A DNA stretch of 64,000 bases from Mytilus trossulus (taxonomy: Eukaryota). The translations under genes and the position numbers were made by a program. Position 1 is the first letter of the stretch; every line of letters begins with the position of its first letter. The stretch spans positions 1,674,001 to 1,738,000 of the forward strand of contig NW_026963318.1 in assembly GCF_036588685.1 (NCBI RefSeq). The letters are read 5' to 3'. This document shows, piece after piece, positions 13,781-27,971 of this stretch. The notes under the pieces are model-generated. The model did no database searches. It worked only from the letters and a program-made list of their open reading frames with translations, and was not told where the DNA came from.

Positions 13781-14011
13781 AGTATATAGTGATGTAACTT
13801 ATTTAAAGACATTCTATTAAGTGATCGTTATTACTCTACGACGTTTCCATACTTTTGGAACAACTATAGTTATTTGAAATTACATTCTTTATATCTGGAC
13901 ACATATATTATGATGTGCCTGTTTATTTACTTTGACCTTAATTGTCTATTCTTTATAAATTTTATTAACTATGAAATTGCATTCAGGTATCGAGGATCAA
14001 ATTTATTCGTT

Positions 14012-14737
14012 CATTGTGTGTACATTTGCGTTATTTGATTGAGTTAAGCCTTCCAATTGATATTTTATAGTGTGTTTTTTATGGTGTGATGTTATACTTA
14101 AAAGGGAGAAGGTTTGGTACCGTTAGAACGGTTAATCCCGCTGCAAATGTTTGCACCTGTCCTAAGTCAGGAATCTGATGTACAGTTACTGTAGTTGTCG
14201 TTTGTTTATTTAGTTCATACGTGTTTCTCGTTTCTCATTTTTTTTTATAGATGAGACCGTTGGTTTTCCCGTTTGAATGATTTTACATTAATAATTATTG
14301 GGGCCCTTTATATCTTGCTGTTCAGTGTGAGCCAAAGCTCCGTGTTAAAGGCCGTACATTGACCTATAATGGTTTACCTTTATAATTGTTATCTTGATGG
14401 AGAGTTGTCTCATTTGCACTAATACCACATCTTCCTATATCTATTAACCACGCCACAGCCACATTATATATGCATGTGGCTATCCCAAGTCAGGAACCTG
14501 TAATTCATTTGTTGTTATTTGTTACATATTTGTTTTTCGTTCATTTTTTATACATACATTAGGCCGTTAGTTTTCTTGTATGAATTGTTTTACATTCACA
14601 TTTCGGGACCTTTTATAGCTGACTATGTGGTATAGGTTTTTCTTATTGTTAAAGGTCGTATGGTTAATGTAATGGTTTATTTCTGTGTCATTTGATCTCT
14701 TATGAAGAGTTGTCCAATTGGCAATCATACCACTTTT
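14012..14737 (-). repeat. Two adjacent R1-family repeats (variant 14012-14443, canonical 14446-14737)
   Basis: Both end in ATACCAC on the + strand. The variant matches 57453-57724 in reverse. Confidence 0.8.
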
Positions 14738-17512
14738 TTATACTATATTTATCTGACAATTTGAATTTTTATGACAGTTTCCTTCAAAACTTTACAGATT
14801 ATTTCTTACCAATCGATTTCGTTTTTTTTTTGTTACCAGTGATCAATACTTATTAAAATGAATTACTCACACTCACGATTTGTATAACGATACTGTTTGT
14901 TACAATTGGTATGATAGCGTTACAAAGTAGAATATCTTGTGACGATAATGAAGGCATCAATAACGTTGCCGAATATTTTTTATTATTTTTCACCAAAAAT
15001 CAAGCTTCAAGAGGTTAAAGCTTGAAAACTAGCACAGTTCCTTATGATTTTTTTTGCACAAATAGATTTCTTGTTTATTTTTTAATCGCATTTTGTTTTT
15101 TGTTTAAAATTGTGGACCAATAAATTAGAAAATCTTGATGAAATAAAAATATCTGACGATTTTTTTATGATTTTCACTGTATATCCTTTGTATTTCTGAC
15201 GTATCATGTATCATGATAATAGTTTAATCAGCTTGTATCTGAAAAACGAAAACGGTTAAACCCTTTTTTCATTTTGTATTATGATGTATTTTTACAAGCA
15301 GAAGCCACATGTAAAATTAAAAAAATCTGTGGAGTAGTTTATTACGTACACTCTGCCTGAAGAATCGAAATAATTCTAATAGGCCATGTTCTATGCCAAT
15401 TAAACAATGGTATGCATCTTATTTGTCACTATAAATATATTAATACCTGCGTTGTTAAAACACTTGCAATTTAAATTATGACGTCAATAACGTGCTGTCC
15501 ATGTTGCATTAGAAAAAGAAAACAGTTTTGTTTCCAAAGCGAAAGAAGAACGTCATATAAAATATCTGATTGATTCTTTTCAACTGTGTTTGTTCGGAAA
15601 ACGTTATGGTACATGTAAAATGGCTATATCAACTATTTGACAAGACAGAAAAATTGGCAAAAATATCAAAACCAACAAGAGATGTCTTGTCGACTTTCGT
15701 TCAAACCGGTGTTAGGAACTATTGTAGATTTGTTGTTAGTTTAAAGTTGTTTGCTCCATGTTGAGGCCTCACTATGACTTTATGATGAACAACAGCAATA
15801 AAAGTGCCATTCCTAGACTTTTGTTTGTCTTTTACTATGCATGTACATATTCTGTGTCATGGATGGATACCTCAGATCCTATAGTTTTTTTTATTTTAAC
15901 AGTATGTCAAAGATTTTAAGCAACGTTCATGACGTTTTTTCTCTTTAGTAACGACAAATTCGTACATTTCCGAAAATGATTTCATGATAGTTAGGTTTTA
16001 AAGTTTTTAAATGTAAAACTATCAGATGTGTGTCAGTTATAACTAACCGAAACTAATATCCGTTACATGATTGTATCAAAATTCATGAAATATTAGTGGA
16101 TCATTAAAACTGCACGCGTTGTTAATGTTACACAATGTTTAACACGACGATGTAAACAAATCAACCATTTTAATTGAAGTTTGTAGTAAAATTGAAATAC
16201 AATAATTAACAGGTGTCTTTATGGCTTCTCGACTTATTAAATGAAAACGTGTTTATAGTAGACAATATTCAAAGTCTGATGAATGTTAGGTCAAGCGTTA
16301 TATATTGTTTATAATATTTCCGAAGAAATATACATAAGGGGCAGTGCTCTTTCATAGGTCATCCTAAATGTCTTGCTTCTTTCATTCAGCTATTTTACTA
16401 TACAAAATGTATGTGTGTAAAAAAAAAACTTATAGATATTAAATCAGTGTTATCCTTCTAATATCCTGTTTACATTACGAGCAAACGGTAACATTCAAAT
16501 AACTATTTAAGCAGAGCAATGACTGTAAAACAAGGGAGGGAATAAACGGTTCTATTTGATTTTTTTATTTATTTGAGCATGCTTATCTGGATTTGTGTCT
16601 TTTGTTTAAATTGAACCAAATTAACACTCATATTTATGTAGATTGCTTAAGGATTGCTTAAGGATTAGATAGATGTTTTTTTGCAATTTGTTTGGATATA
16701 AACAGACCATAGATAATAAAAAGGTTTGCACTTCGTTTACTATCCCATATAATTAAATAAGAAGCATGCAGTCCTTATAAATAATAATTTATGCTGCAAC
16801 TATAAACTTACAAGCTTTAGCAAACTTTATGTTTGCTTTTATATGCAATGTTGTAAATTAGTTATGAAAAGCATATGCTGCCATGAATGTTGACCTTAAT
16901 TGAAAAATACAATTATATATTGGAATGCCTCGCGATTGTGTTTATCGCATTGAAAGCATGGATTCATATGTTCTGAAATCATACAAGCACATTATAGTAT
17001 TTCTCTATTGTGTCTTGGAATTATCTAAGCGTTCCGATCACATGTGTATCATCTAATTCTGACGTAAAGCATGTCAAATTAAACTCTAAATAGGAATAAA
17101 ACAGTCATATTTTAATTGCTTCCTACTGCAAGTAAAATTCTTATACAATTACATGGCACTTACGTTAGTATTGCCATTTACCGTATCAGTAATATTATCG
17201 GTGGTATTTAGCAATCTGTTGCAAGCAAGTAACATGCACCAATCAAATTACTTTTGATTCAATAGCTTCGCTAACAATAGACTCATTGATAAAGGGAATG
17301 TAAATTTTGTAAATTTGACGCCCTAATGTTATGATGTATACAAAAATAACGTTGTTAATCTTGGTTTAAATTAAATCCTGTTTGAGTATTATGCAAAATC
17401 AATAGAACAAACTTTATATAATATTATCGGTAAAATTTATACAGCTTAGCATATTGAATATATTATCTTGTTCATTTTACAAAAAAATATTTATGTTGTA
17501 CTTTAGTTGTAA

Positions 17513-18204
17513 AAGAGGGACGAAAGATACCAAAGGAACAGTCAAACTCATAAATTTAAAACAAACTGACAACGCCATGCCTAAAAATGAAAAAAAGACA
17601 CACAGACAAACAATAGTACAAATGACACAATATAGAGAACCAAAGAATAAACAACACGAACCCCACCAAAAAATAGGGGTGATCTCAGGTACTCCGGAAG
17701 GGTAAGCAGATTCTGCTCCACGTGTGGCACCCGTCGTGTTGCTAATGAGATATCAAATCCGGTAAATAGACTTATTCGGTAGGTCACATTCATGAAAGGG
17801 AAGGGGATTGTAGCTACGACGCAATGAACATATCCGATATCATTTGTGAAACGGTAATTCCATAACAGTCAACCAACTCGTGATGGCGTCCGTAAAATTT
17901 ACGAAGGGAGGATTTCAACTTCACCATTTGAAACTCTTGGTTTAATAGCTTCCTTGTGAGCAGCAACCCACTATCAAGAAAATCATGATAGGAAATGCAA
18001 GCACGGGAATATCGTATCAATTAGGAGATATATACCCCGTATGCAGGTGCTGCTGGAATTTTGCTACTTAGAAATGGAAAGTCCACAATTGGAAAGCTGA
18101 AATCATCTCTTTTGTCATAAAGTTTTGTTTTCAATCGACCCTCATTGTCAATTTCTAGATGTAAGTCAAGATATGAAGCCGACTTAACTGTATCTGTAGT
18201 ATCC
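17513..18204 (-). mobile_element. 5'-truncated Penelope-like retroelement (RT C-terminal region plus 3' end)
   Basis: Minus-strand translation KDTTDTVKSASYLDLHLEIDNEGRLKTKLYDKRDDFSFPIVDFPFLSSKIPAAPAYGVYIS*LIRYSRACISYHDFL, with one stop. TTGTAA direct repeats at 17507-17512 and 18205-18210. Empty site in the paralog near 38705. Confidence 0.85.
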
Positions 18205-20872
18205 TTGTAAGGTTGCTGTTTTATTTAATTTTAACACACATTCCTATAAAAAACATCGTCTAACAAATAGTCTTAAGCAAACCAGTCCAAAAATTATTGA
18301 CAAATCGTAAAACCTTATTACTGCAAGATAATATATTTATTTATAAAATATATAGACGTTAGAGGTGAACTCTATACACTTCTTACAATAATATGAACAG
18401 TTTTTGTGAGAATTAAACACTTCTTGTGATAAGATTTTAAGTGCACTGCGTTTAGAAATATGTTGCAAATACATCATATGATTATCATGCTTTATGAACG
18501 TTTATCTAAAATGCATCGTGAAAGATCATATGGGATCATTGATAGAATTTCTTTTCTGTTTTTATACATATTTAATGAATTGTTTTGCAAGTAGCTACTT
18601 CATACAGTTTAACCTTGCATATATTGCTGTTTGAATAGTTAGACGTCAATAAAAAAACGAGAGATACAAACAGGACATTCAAACTTATGTCGGGGCTTTG
18701 ATAAAAGCCTTGAAATAAGTTGCCTTAAAGAGATGATTAAGCGATTAAGCATTTCGACATCATATCGTTTAAGATTGGAAACAAATAAAACCCGAATAAT
18801 TCGAAAGTATTCGACATTTATTAGCTAATTGGGAAATTAACGATGCTAAGATCATCTAATTAGCGTCATAAACCTCACAACGAGATGTTTAGTTAAACTC
18901 TTTCACCAGGTTATGTAATATATATTTATAATTGAATGGCATCATTACGGGGAAATGCTTATCTTGAGCTTTTCTCTCAAAGATCATTAATCTAAACTTC
19001 AGTGGAATGAATCAAACAGTTCAAATCTACACAGGTTTATTGTAGCTCAAGCAATGTTTACTGTACATTGAAATAAATTTTCAGGCGTTAGTTTATTCTA
19101 CATTTGCAAGGAAATGTAACAGTAGATGGTGGTATGTAATCTAAATAATGAGTTTCAAAGAATTAATAAAAGGATGTAAACCATTCCGTTTCAAACTTAA
19201 GATGTGTATGTATCATATAAAGAACTGAAATGTTGAATTATTATAGAGATAGTGCATACAACACTAGCACCAGCACCACTTGCAAGTCATTAAGGGGCAA
19301 GCTGAGGACAGCATCCGGGTACGGGATTATCTTGCTGCGTTGTGTGCCCTTTGGTCGGGTTGTTGTCTCTTTGACATATTCTTCATTTTCAGTCTCAATT
19401 TATTTTCTATTACCGTTACAAATGAATGATGTCTGGTGTACTTGTATGCTTTTTAATAGCCAACTAGGTAGGAACACTTGATTGTCATGAATATATTATC
19501 AATTTCATGCTGGTAGCAAGAACAACATAAAACAAAATGAAATTTTTGTTTCAAACGTTTTAATCATAGTAAGTGAGTTCTTCGTATTAAATAACAACTA
19601 TGTATTAATTACGTATTATGATATAATAATCATTACTTGTATTAATCTAAAATGCATTAACTTTTTCGTTTCTTGTTCATGGGTTAAAACTTGAAATGAT
19701 GCGATAATATAAGATGATTTAGAATCGAACAGACCCGTAACTTAATCATCTTATTATATAAATAAAGATTTATCGGAAAAATATTTATTAAATCAAATTT
19801 GAAGATCGAAAATCGATAGAAATAAACCAATATCAACACGGTGCATCTCAAAACAGATAAGTATAAGACATGAATAGATAATAGTTTTCCTCGCAATTCC
19901 CTCCCTCACCCATCCTCATGATATCTTCACAAGTTTTTTTTGAAATTGATCGCATTTTTTGTTTTCTCTCATTCCACAGTAGTATAACATTTCCTGACTT
20001 AAATACTTCCTCGACAAGAATCGTAATTTTGCGTTACATTTATTAAGCATTTAAGAGTTTAATTTTATTCTGGAACCATGTTGCATTTAATTTGTGGTAT
20101 CGTGAATGGGTATGTTTTGTACGTAAAAAAATGAAAGAATGCAATATGTATTCCAACCATGCATTCTGTTAAATGTTTAACCCCTTGATCATCATATAAT
20201 TAACTAAAAAACTTAGTGTCTTGCATAATTAACGGAATGTTGTCGTTTTTCTTGATGTTTCTCTTACATTTGAATTAACACTTATTAATATTTAGTCTAT
20301 TGATTTATTTTGCGCCGAAAGTTTTGTTCAAAAATTTGCTTTGACCATTTAAGTGCATGTCGGTCTTTGCTTTATTACAAACCTTTTGAGTATTGATATA
20401 GTCGTTGATAATGTTTTTCAGTTTTTAGTTGAATGATTTTGTATCATTAGGGAAAATACATTGTTGCTTCGTCCAGTGTCATTTAAGTGATGTCCTTTTA
20501 ATTGACTCTCTTGCCATTTAAAGCAGATATAGAAATTCTTATGTTATCAAGAAAAGCTAGACAAAAAAGTCATGTAACTGCACATGAATTGCAAAAAAAA
20601 AAACACGTTTGTATTGATCAGTGATGAATGAATAAATTGTACTTATTGATGGGTTTTATGAGGTTGTATTTTACAGAATTCGAGAACTTATTAAGGGATG
20701 GCGTGATTAGATGTCATAAATGTGCAGCATGTTGTGTTTTATCTGCCTTAGATTGATTTGTCTGGATTTTACAAATAATCAATTCCAAAGTAGTCTACAT
20801 CATCGACAGTTAGTCAGGAAGCTAGTTAGTTTGTCATTTTATAACAAACATTATGATAGTATTGCATGGCAA

Positions 20873-21365
20873 TATATGGTCCCCTACCAGTAACAATTCA
20901 TTTAACTTGATCTATAACTTGCAATTGTGTAACCTATATGCATATACAAAAAAATAGCAAGTCAATATCTTCACGCATGACGACAAAAGTGTTGAAAACT
21001 GATTATTTAAGTGATTTGTTTTAGTCCAAAGACTGTAACTCTTCACAAAATCATCAGACCAGAATAAAATTCGAACTTGTGCTGTTACTTGTCAAGATAA
21101 ACTATATACCAATTATCAATAAAATATCTTCAAGAATGACAACAAAAAGTGTGGAAAACAGATTATTTGAGTGACTTTTCAAAGTTTAAGACTACACAAA
21201 TCATCATATTGGAACAAAATTCGAGTTTGATCTGTAACATGTCATGATTAAACAATAGATTAATTATCAAATCAATATCTTCAAGCCAAAAAAGGAAAAA
21301 AATGTGAAAAACTGATTTGCCAGACTTTTAGTGAAGTCCCCTTCGACTTCATCAATAGGGGACGA
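20873..21365 (+). mobile_element. Pearl/Helentron-like non-autonomous element with internal ~150-bp tandem repeats
   Basis: 5' GTCCCCTA, about three internal repeats (AACTTGATCTGTAAC...CAATATCTTCA...GAAAACTGATT) and a 3' hairpin GTCCCC...GGGGAC (21336-21363). Absent from units C and D. Confidence 0.7.
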
Positions 21366-22686
21366 AAAAGACCATTGCTTCTTATAAATATTTTTTTTAA
21401 TTTTGTCCGTTGCAGTCAGGCGATAAAATGCATAATAAGGGCACATGCTGTTGCGTATTTATGAAATATTATTACATCTTTCGTTTTTAAGTTAAAAAAC
21501 GAATCTGTCAAAGCGAGTACCAGAAAAACCCTTAATACGTGCGAATGGAAAACAACTGTCATATTCCCGACTTGATACAATTTACATATTTATCAAGCAA
21601 AAATCTACCAAACTGAACATAAAAATGATATACAGTGAGAAGTTTTTGTTAGATTTACAACCAGGTTTAATCAACCAATTTCTTTATAAGGAAATGTCTG
21701 TACCAAGTCAGGAATATGGTAGTTGTTTTTCAATCGTTGTATGTTCTTTGGCTTTAATTTTACCCCCTATAGAGGGTGTTTCGTTAACTCCTCTTTTTTC
21801 TGTTAAACAAAAATATAAAAAAAGAAGATGAGGTATGATTGCAAATGACACAACCCCCCACAAGAGACCCAAAATAGAAGTACGTTATATCTTAAGAGAT
21901 GTGCCATAAACAAGAAAGATAATTTAAAATCTTATCTTTTCGCATACGAATATCATTCGTCTAATATTGACCGATTAAAAAATAATAGTTGTTTCTTTTT
22001 GAAAGACGATAAATTCTGTTTTATTGATGATGTTTTAATATGCTATTAATAAGTACGTCGCGATTATGCATTCAGTCCAATTACATTTTCATTCGATTTC
22101 GGACCAGGATTTTCGTTGAACTAGACATCTATCCCTTCAGAAGAAATAATGCAAAACTAGGTTATTTTTCATCTCATAATAATTTTTCTGACATCTGAAC
22201 AGGATAATATTTAGATATAACCTACACTGGTCAAACATTGTGAATGACATTTCTTGATTTGATATGTTAAATCAGATCTTGTTTATGTTAAGAAGACTGA
22301 TTCAGACTCAAAGCAATTTACCTGGTGTTCTATAAATAATTGCCATAAAAACGATAGACTTATTTAAAGCTCTAATAGTAAAAAAAGAAACATGGCATTA
22401 TTTTTTATTAATACACTTAATCACATGTATTCAGTACCTATCTCAACAACTGTTATAGTAAATAAAAAACCCATGGTCGATACTTAGACTAAAGTTGATC
22501 CAACTGATATCAAGCTTATATTATCCATCTTTAAGGACACAGTTGAGTACAAGTAGTTTGTTATAAAAAAGAAAACGTAACTGATTACTCGAATAATTAC
22601 CATTGTTAGGACAGTAAAATGTATATAAGATGTTCTCTGCGAATTTTTTCGAAGTGTCACTTCAATCATACTTTCGTGTCGCTAAC

Positions 22687-22747
22687 CGGAGTAGCAGCTG
22701 TAGATAAGCAGTACAAAAGACAAGACGACGATGTATATAATGTCCAT
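22687..22747 (-). CDS. Signal-peptide first coding exon, copy A (MDIIYIVVLSFVLLIYSCYS + phase-1 G)
   Basis: ATG, hydrophobic core, C-x-S cleavage-type end and donor G|GTTAGC. The 61-nt length is identical in four paralogs with no indels or stops. Confidence 0.7.
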
Positions 22748-22927
22748 AAAAATATATCCAACGATGTATATCCTAATATTATATATACATATACATGTAT
22801 TGTTGTACAGGTATATCATATCTAATGAATTGGTTTTTCTATGCTCATTCTATTTGCACTAACGTAGAAAGAACCAGAACGATTATTCAATTGCTTTAAA
22901 GTGTTATAAGTATAAACAAGTACATAA

Positions 22928-23052
22928 GTCAGGAATATGACAGTTCTTGTCCATTCGTTTTTGATGCGTTTTGTTTTTTGATTTTGCCATGTGATTATGG
23001 ACTTGCCAAATTGATTTTCCTCTGAGTTCAGTATTTTTGTGATTTTACTTTT
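22928..23052. mobile_element. Short retroposed fragment inserted in the presumptive 5' UTR/TSS region of copy A
   Basis: TACATAA direct repeats at 22921-22927 and 23053-23059; empty site at ~34565 in copy B. Confidence 0.8.
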
Positions 23053-23059
23053 TACATAA

Positions 23060-23170
23060 CATCTTAAGTTGACTGCACAATAGGTGTTTATAATTCATTA
23101 ATTTATATATAAGATTGTTTACACTAACGTTTAAAACGTTTGGTCTCTATCAGTTAAAATGCACTTGACA
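23060..23170 (-). promoter_or_regulatory. Putative core promoter of copy A
   Basis: TATAAA on the minus strand (23087-23092) and forkhead-type TGTTTAC (23116-23122); the block is conserved in all four units. Confidence 0.4.
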
Positions 23171-23829
23171 TACATACTTCCATTCATAAAATATAAGCTT
23201 TAGATAGACAATACAAAAACGTATATTAATCGATTGTGCATTGATGAACTAGAAAACATACTCTATTACTTGTTACAGCAATTTTAATCATTCCGATGAT
23301 AAAACTTACCATTATTCACATTACAAGAAAGAAAAAAAGTATTTCGTCACATTGGATGGTTTTCATTAACATGTACTTTGTAATTATCATTGACTAATAT
23401 AAATTTCATTGAATCGATTTAGTATATTAATTTATAATAAGAAGAAATGCTTCATACCTAACATGTGAACATGATCAAAGCTTTTACAGAAAAAAAAACA
23501 TTTAATTTCTGATAAATACATGTTATTCTACAATCATGAAAGTTCGAGTTGTAGCAAATTTTCACTTATATGTCCTTGCTCCTTACATTATTGTGGCATC
23601 GTCACATACAACACGTGCTAACATGAATGTTGGAATGTTTTAAGGAAAACCATTTGATTTCGGAGTTTTTATCAATTGTTCTCACCGAATCAAAAGTACG
23701 GATTTTCATGAAACATACACGTTGTTTAATTATATTACACATACATCTTTAAATGTCATCTTGTAAAATACAAATTCTTCTTTAAAACCGTGCAGTTTTT
23801 CTCAATTTCACTTTAAGTTGTTTTTATAT

Positions 23830-24330
23830 TTAATTTTGATGGAATACTTTTGATGAATGGTGTATCTCCCTCATCATAAAATGAAATCATAATTTGTTTT
23901 TCTTACATACGATTCACACGATTTGTATTACACATACAAAAGTAGCATTAAATGAATCAACTTTGTTTCAATTTGAATCAATGCTTAATATTTGGAATTA
24001 ATTCTTTCATGCTCAATCAAGCTGCAATTACCACATGTGAATCCGTCAAACGGAACTCTTGGTGTTTATCAGCTAACACATACTATTTAGAATTGATGAA
24101 AGTTAATTAAGATTTTACGGGGTTTCCCTAAGTGGTGAAGATTCTCTATATATGATGTTGCAGTTTATTTAATGTAAGTGGGATTTAGACCTGTCTCTTG
24201 ACACTTAGGTTAGATCAAAAGAAGACATTTGTTTTTTGTGGAATTTATCAAGATTCCATTGCATGTGCACGGGGTTTATATGGTTGAAAAGGAGCTTCCA
24301 CTAAAAAATGTTTGTGCTATTGTCGATTGT
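23830..24330. promoter_or_regulatory. Module E, copy 5, with consensus kB site
   Basis: CACATGTG, TTATCAGCTAACAC and GGGGTTTCCC (24119-24128); ~1 kb upstream of promoter A. Confidence 0.5.
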
Positions 24331-24759
24331 TGAAAGATAAAAGTGATAAATTTCAAAGAAAAATAAATAATTAAAACACATTCAAATCAAGCTCAGTAGT
24401 TCAATCTAGTATTTTAGAGGGTTGAAAGATACCAGAGGGACATTCAAACTTATAGGTCAAATAATTTGACAACGCCATGGATAAAAAAGAAAAAGACAAA
24501 CAGACAAATAATAGTACACTAGACACAACATAGAAAACTCTGAAACTGTTGATGATCTAGTGTGCTTAGGAAGGGTTAGCAGATCCTGCTGCTCATTGGT
24601 TATGCCCAAGTAGCCAATCAAGTCAAACCAATAATTTACTTCACCCAACTAGTCAATTAACCATCTTTATATTGACCTTACATCGATTATTGAATACTCT
24701 TTTATCAGACATTTCTAACATTGATGAATTAATTGGACGTGTAACGTCAGGCGGAAAAT

Positions 24760-25345
24760 ACTATTAGTTACATAGTGTGCTAGTGACCTAATAAGGTATA
24801 TATAGGGTCAGTAAATTCCATATGGTATGAGAGCGAAGCTCGAATCCCCATATGGAATTTACTGACCCCATATATACCGTATTACGTCACTAGAACAGTA
24901 TGTAACGAATTGATCTTACCGCCTATCTTAACGTGTAAAATTAAAACTAGTGACCTATCAACTATTAGCATTGAGAAACTACTTTCATTCTTCCATTGAT
25001 CTCAATAAAAACAGATGCAAACAGAAACGACTTGTTAGGTTTAAAAGTGTTCCTTAAATTTATTTCTGTCTAAATTATCAATTTCTTCGTCTGTTGAAAC
25101 CTTGAGGATTTTTTCTCAGTAGCGTTTTGTTTTTATAAAGGGACGCAACACCACTACTAACCGTGTATAAAATAAGCCCTGCCTCCCTTCTTACCTTATA
25201 TGGAATATAAAGGGACGTAACACCACTTCTTACCGTGTATGAAATAAGCTCCGACTCCCTACTAACCTAATATGAAATATACACGGTCTCCACGCGGACG
25301 CTTTTAACCTATCATATTCCTAGAAATGTATAGGAGGTAAGATAA
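24760..25345. mobile_element. Hairpin-bearing non-autonomous element (family H)
   Basis: Imperfect inverted arms of ~60 bp around GAGCGAAGCTCG, plus an internal 72-bp tandem duplication (25136/25208). Confidence 0.75.
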
Positions 25346-27392
25346 TAAGTCATATCAAGGCAAAAGAACATTGTATAATATAAACTACTGAAGCACGGAT
25401 TAGGAACATGTTATTTATCAAGATAATAGTCCACATGATGATTGTCATCTTAAAAGGGCAAAGTATTCTGACTCCATGACGAACAGTTTTATTTATATCA
25501 CTAAATGTTGGATTATTAGTGGAAAGCCTAAACAATATCTTTGGCTTTATATGTGACTTTTTGCCATAGCGTTGTCAGTTTATTTTTGATCTATAGGTTA
25601 GAATGTCCTTCTTGTCTCTTTTCATTAAAACTGCACCAGCTGTTAAGGTTACAAAATGCTTCACACGAAGATGTCAATATATAAACTTTTTTTTAAGTTT
25701 GTGTTAAAATGGAATTCGAATAACAAATAGTAATTTTAGTGCTTCTCGGGTTGTTGAAATAAAATTTAGTTCGTCGTACGTTCATGAATATTTATGACAT
25801 GAGACCATTTGTCCGCACTTAAAATCCTTGCGGTCACCTTTCTGACCATCGACTCTCGCTATAGCCTAAAGAAGACGTGTATTCACGGATGATTTAATGT
25901 GAATTTGTAATTGGAATTATGATATTATTGTGTTTATGTTTGTATTTGATACATACAGTGATGCATTATATAGAATTAAAGAGGTTATAGCGAGTAGCAC
26001 ACCTCCATTATGTCTTTTGTTCTTTGTTAAGGTCATAGAATATAATTACTTTATATTCGGACGAACGTATTGAGGGAGAATATAACTAGAGTATATTTAT
26101 AGTATACAATATTCAAAGTCTGATGAATGTTAAGTCATGCGTTATGTGTTCTATATAAAACGTTCAAATCAATATAAATAAGGGACTGTTCACTCTCGTA
26201 GGTCTTTTAAAGATGTCTTTTCATCTCGTAATCATCTGTTTTACAATAAAAATAGCGATGTACACATAATATATAATAGCTATTCATTTAGCTTACTGGT
26301 TTTGCCACACTTATATCCTGTTTACATTAATAGCAAACGGTATCATTCAAATTACTATTTACACAGAAGTTCAATTGGTGGCATCGTCCTGTTTTGCGTT
26401 AAATCTAAGCAATTACTTTAAAAACAGAAGGAAGTTAAATGATTCTATTTGAAAACTCGTATTAATTATTCTATCATGCTTATCTGGAGTTGCGTTTGAA
26501 ATGAGCCATTGGTATAACATTATCACCATATGAATTAAGTCTGTCAATTTGAATAGCAGATAGAAACTTATCAATTTCATCTACATGTTTAATCTTAAAA
26601 CAGAATATTTATGTTGTTTTCGAAAGAAAAAAATGCTTCATTTTGCAATTTTATTAAGAAGTAAACAGTCTACAAATTTGCACAGGTTAACTTCTTTTCT
26701 ATCCCGTGTTCTAATAATACTCATTCAATTCTTATAAATACTTAGTGTTGCAACCATACAACTACAAATTATAGGTATTTTTTTCATATTATAGAAACAG
26801 AAGATGTGGTGTTCTTTTCAATGAAACAGATATTTACTAGAGACCAAATGACACAAAAATTAAAAGCTTTAGTTCACAATACGACCTTTATCAATGAGCA
26901 AAGTTCATACCGCATAGGCAGCTATGAAAGACCCCGAAATGACAAATATAAAACAGTGCAAATGAGTAACCGAACACTCTTTTTCATGTACAAAAATAAA
27001 GTTAAAAAATATATCACCAAGATAACGGCGAGTGTTGTTAAAATGATCAAATGATTGCAATTATGACGGGACTTACTGAGTTTAGTCATAAACTGTGATT
27101 CATAACAGCACTTAAAAAGTTTTCTATTAAAGGTTCAAAATTGCTGTGAAGTTGTCATGAAAAACACGTGATGTCATGAAAGCTGAATTTCATTTAGAAA
27201 TACACTTTTATATTAGAATGTCTTGCGATTGTTGCCATCCTATTAAAAGTACGGATTCTCATGAAACAGATAGGTTTTAAAATTATTGCATCACATACTA
27301 GTATTTCTGTATCATATATTAGAATTGTCTAAGGAACAATATCAAATTTGTATATGATTCATTTAGTTCTTGCGTAATGCATGTACAATTAA

Positions 27393-27971
27393 AGGAGTAG
27401 GTTCAGTAAAGTCCTAAAATGGCCCCCTTTTTTAGCGTAAATTTAAAATTAGGATTTATTGACCAATATCACAATAAAGTATAGCTAATGAAGTGACTAG
27501 ATAGGAAACAAGTCATTTTGTTGAAAATTTAAGTTCCTGCGTTTTATTATGACGTCACAAGTTGTACTAATACTGATTTTTTACGAAAAAAACAATGCAA
27601 ATGGGTTCAATTCCATAGATTATTAGACAGGAAACATAGAGCGCATACGTCGACAACAGAGATCTTTTAAAATAATGTTTGTGAAGGCATTTTACATGTC
27701 TCATTTCAATATTTAATTTGTCGACGCCTGCGCTCTATATTTCCTGGTCCTAAATGTGGTTGAAATCCAGCTGATTTTGTCAAATTTCACCAAAATCTCT
27801 TATCTTGACCTTTTTGGGATGTAAAAATCAACTTGTAAGAATAAAACTTTGGCAAAAAAAGATTTATTTTACTTTATCACATGTCTTTAAAGTCAACTTA
27901 AACCAGTTTTTGTCTTGTAACAATGAACTTTATAATCGGGGCCAAATTAGGCCTTTGCCGAACTTACTCCT
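27393..27971. mobile_element. TTAA-flanked MITE (Kolobok-like)
   Basis: TIR AGGAGTAGGTTCAGTAAAG / CTTTGCCGAACTTACTCCT with TTAA on both sides; absent from paralogous units. Confidence 0.85.

Noticed and set aside
22484-22669. 61-aa ORF duplicated at 33931-34116 (likewise 19684/30350, 24457/35944, 25350/36851)
   Set aside because: Shared only because A and B are recent duplicates; not preserved in C or D.
24060-24085. miR-34-like text (TGTGTTAGCTGAT on the minus strand) in module E
   Set aside because: The seed does not match and no precursor hairpin is apparent.
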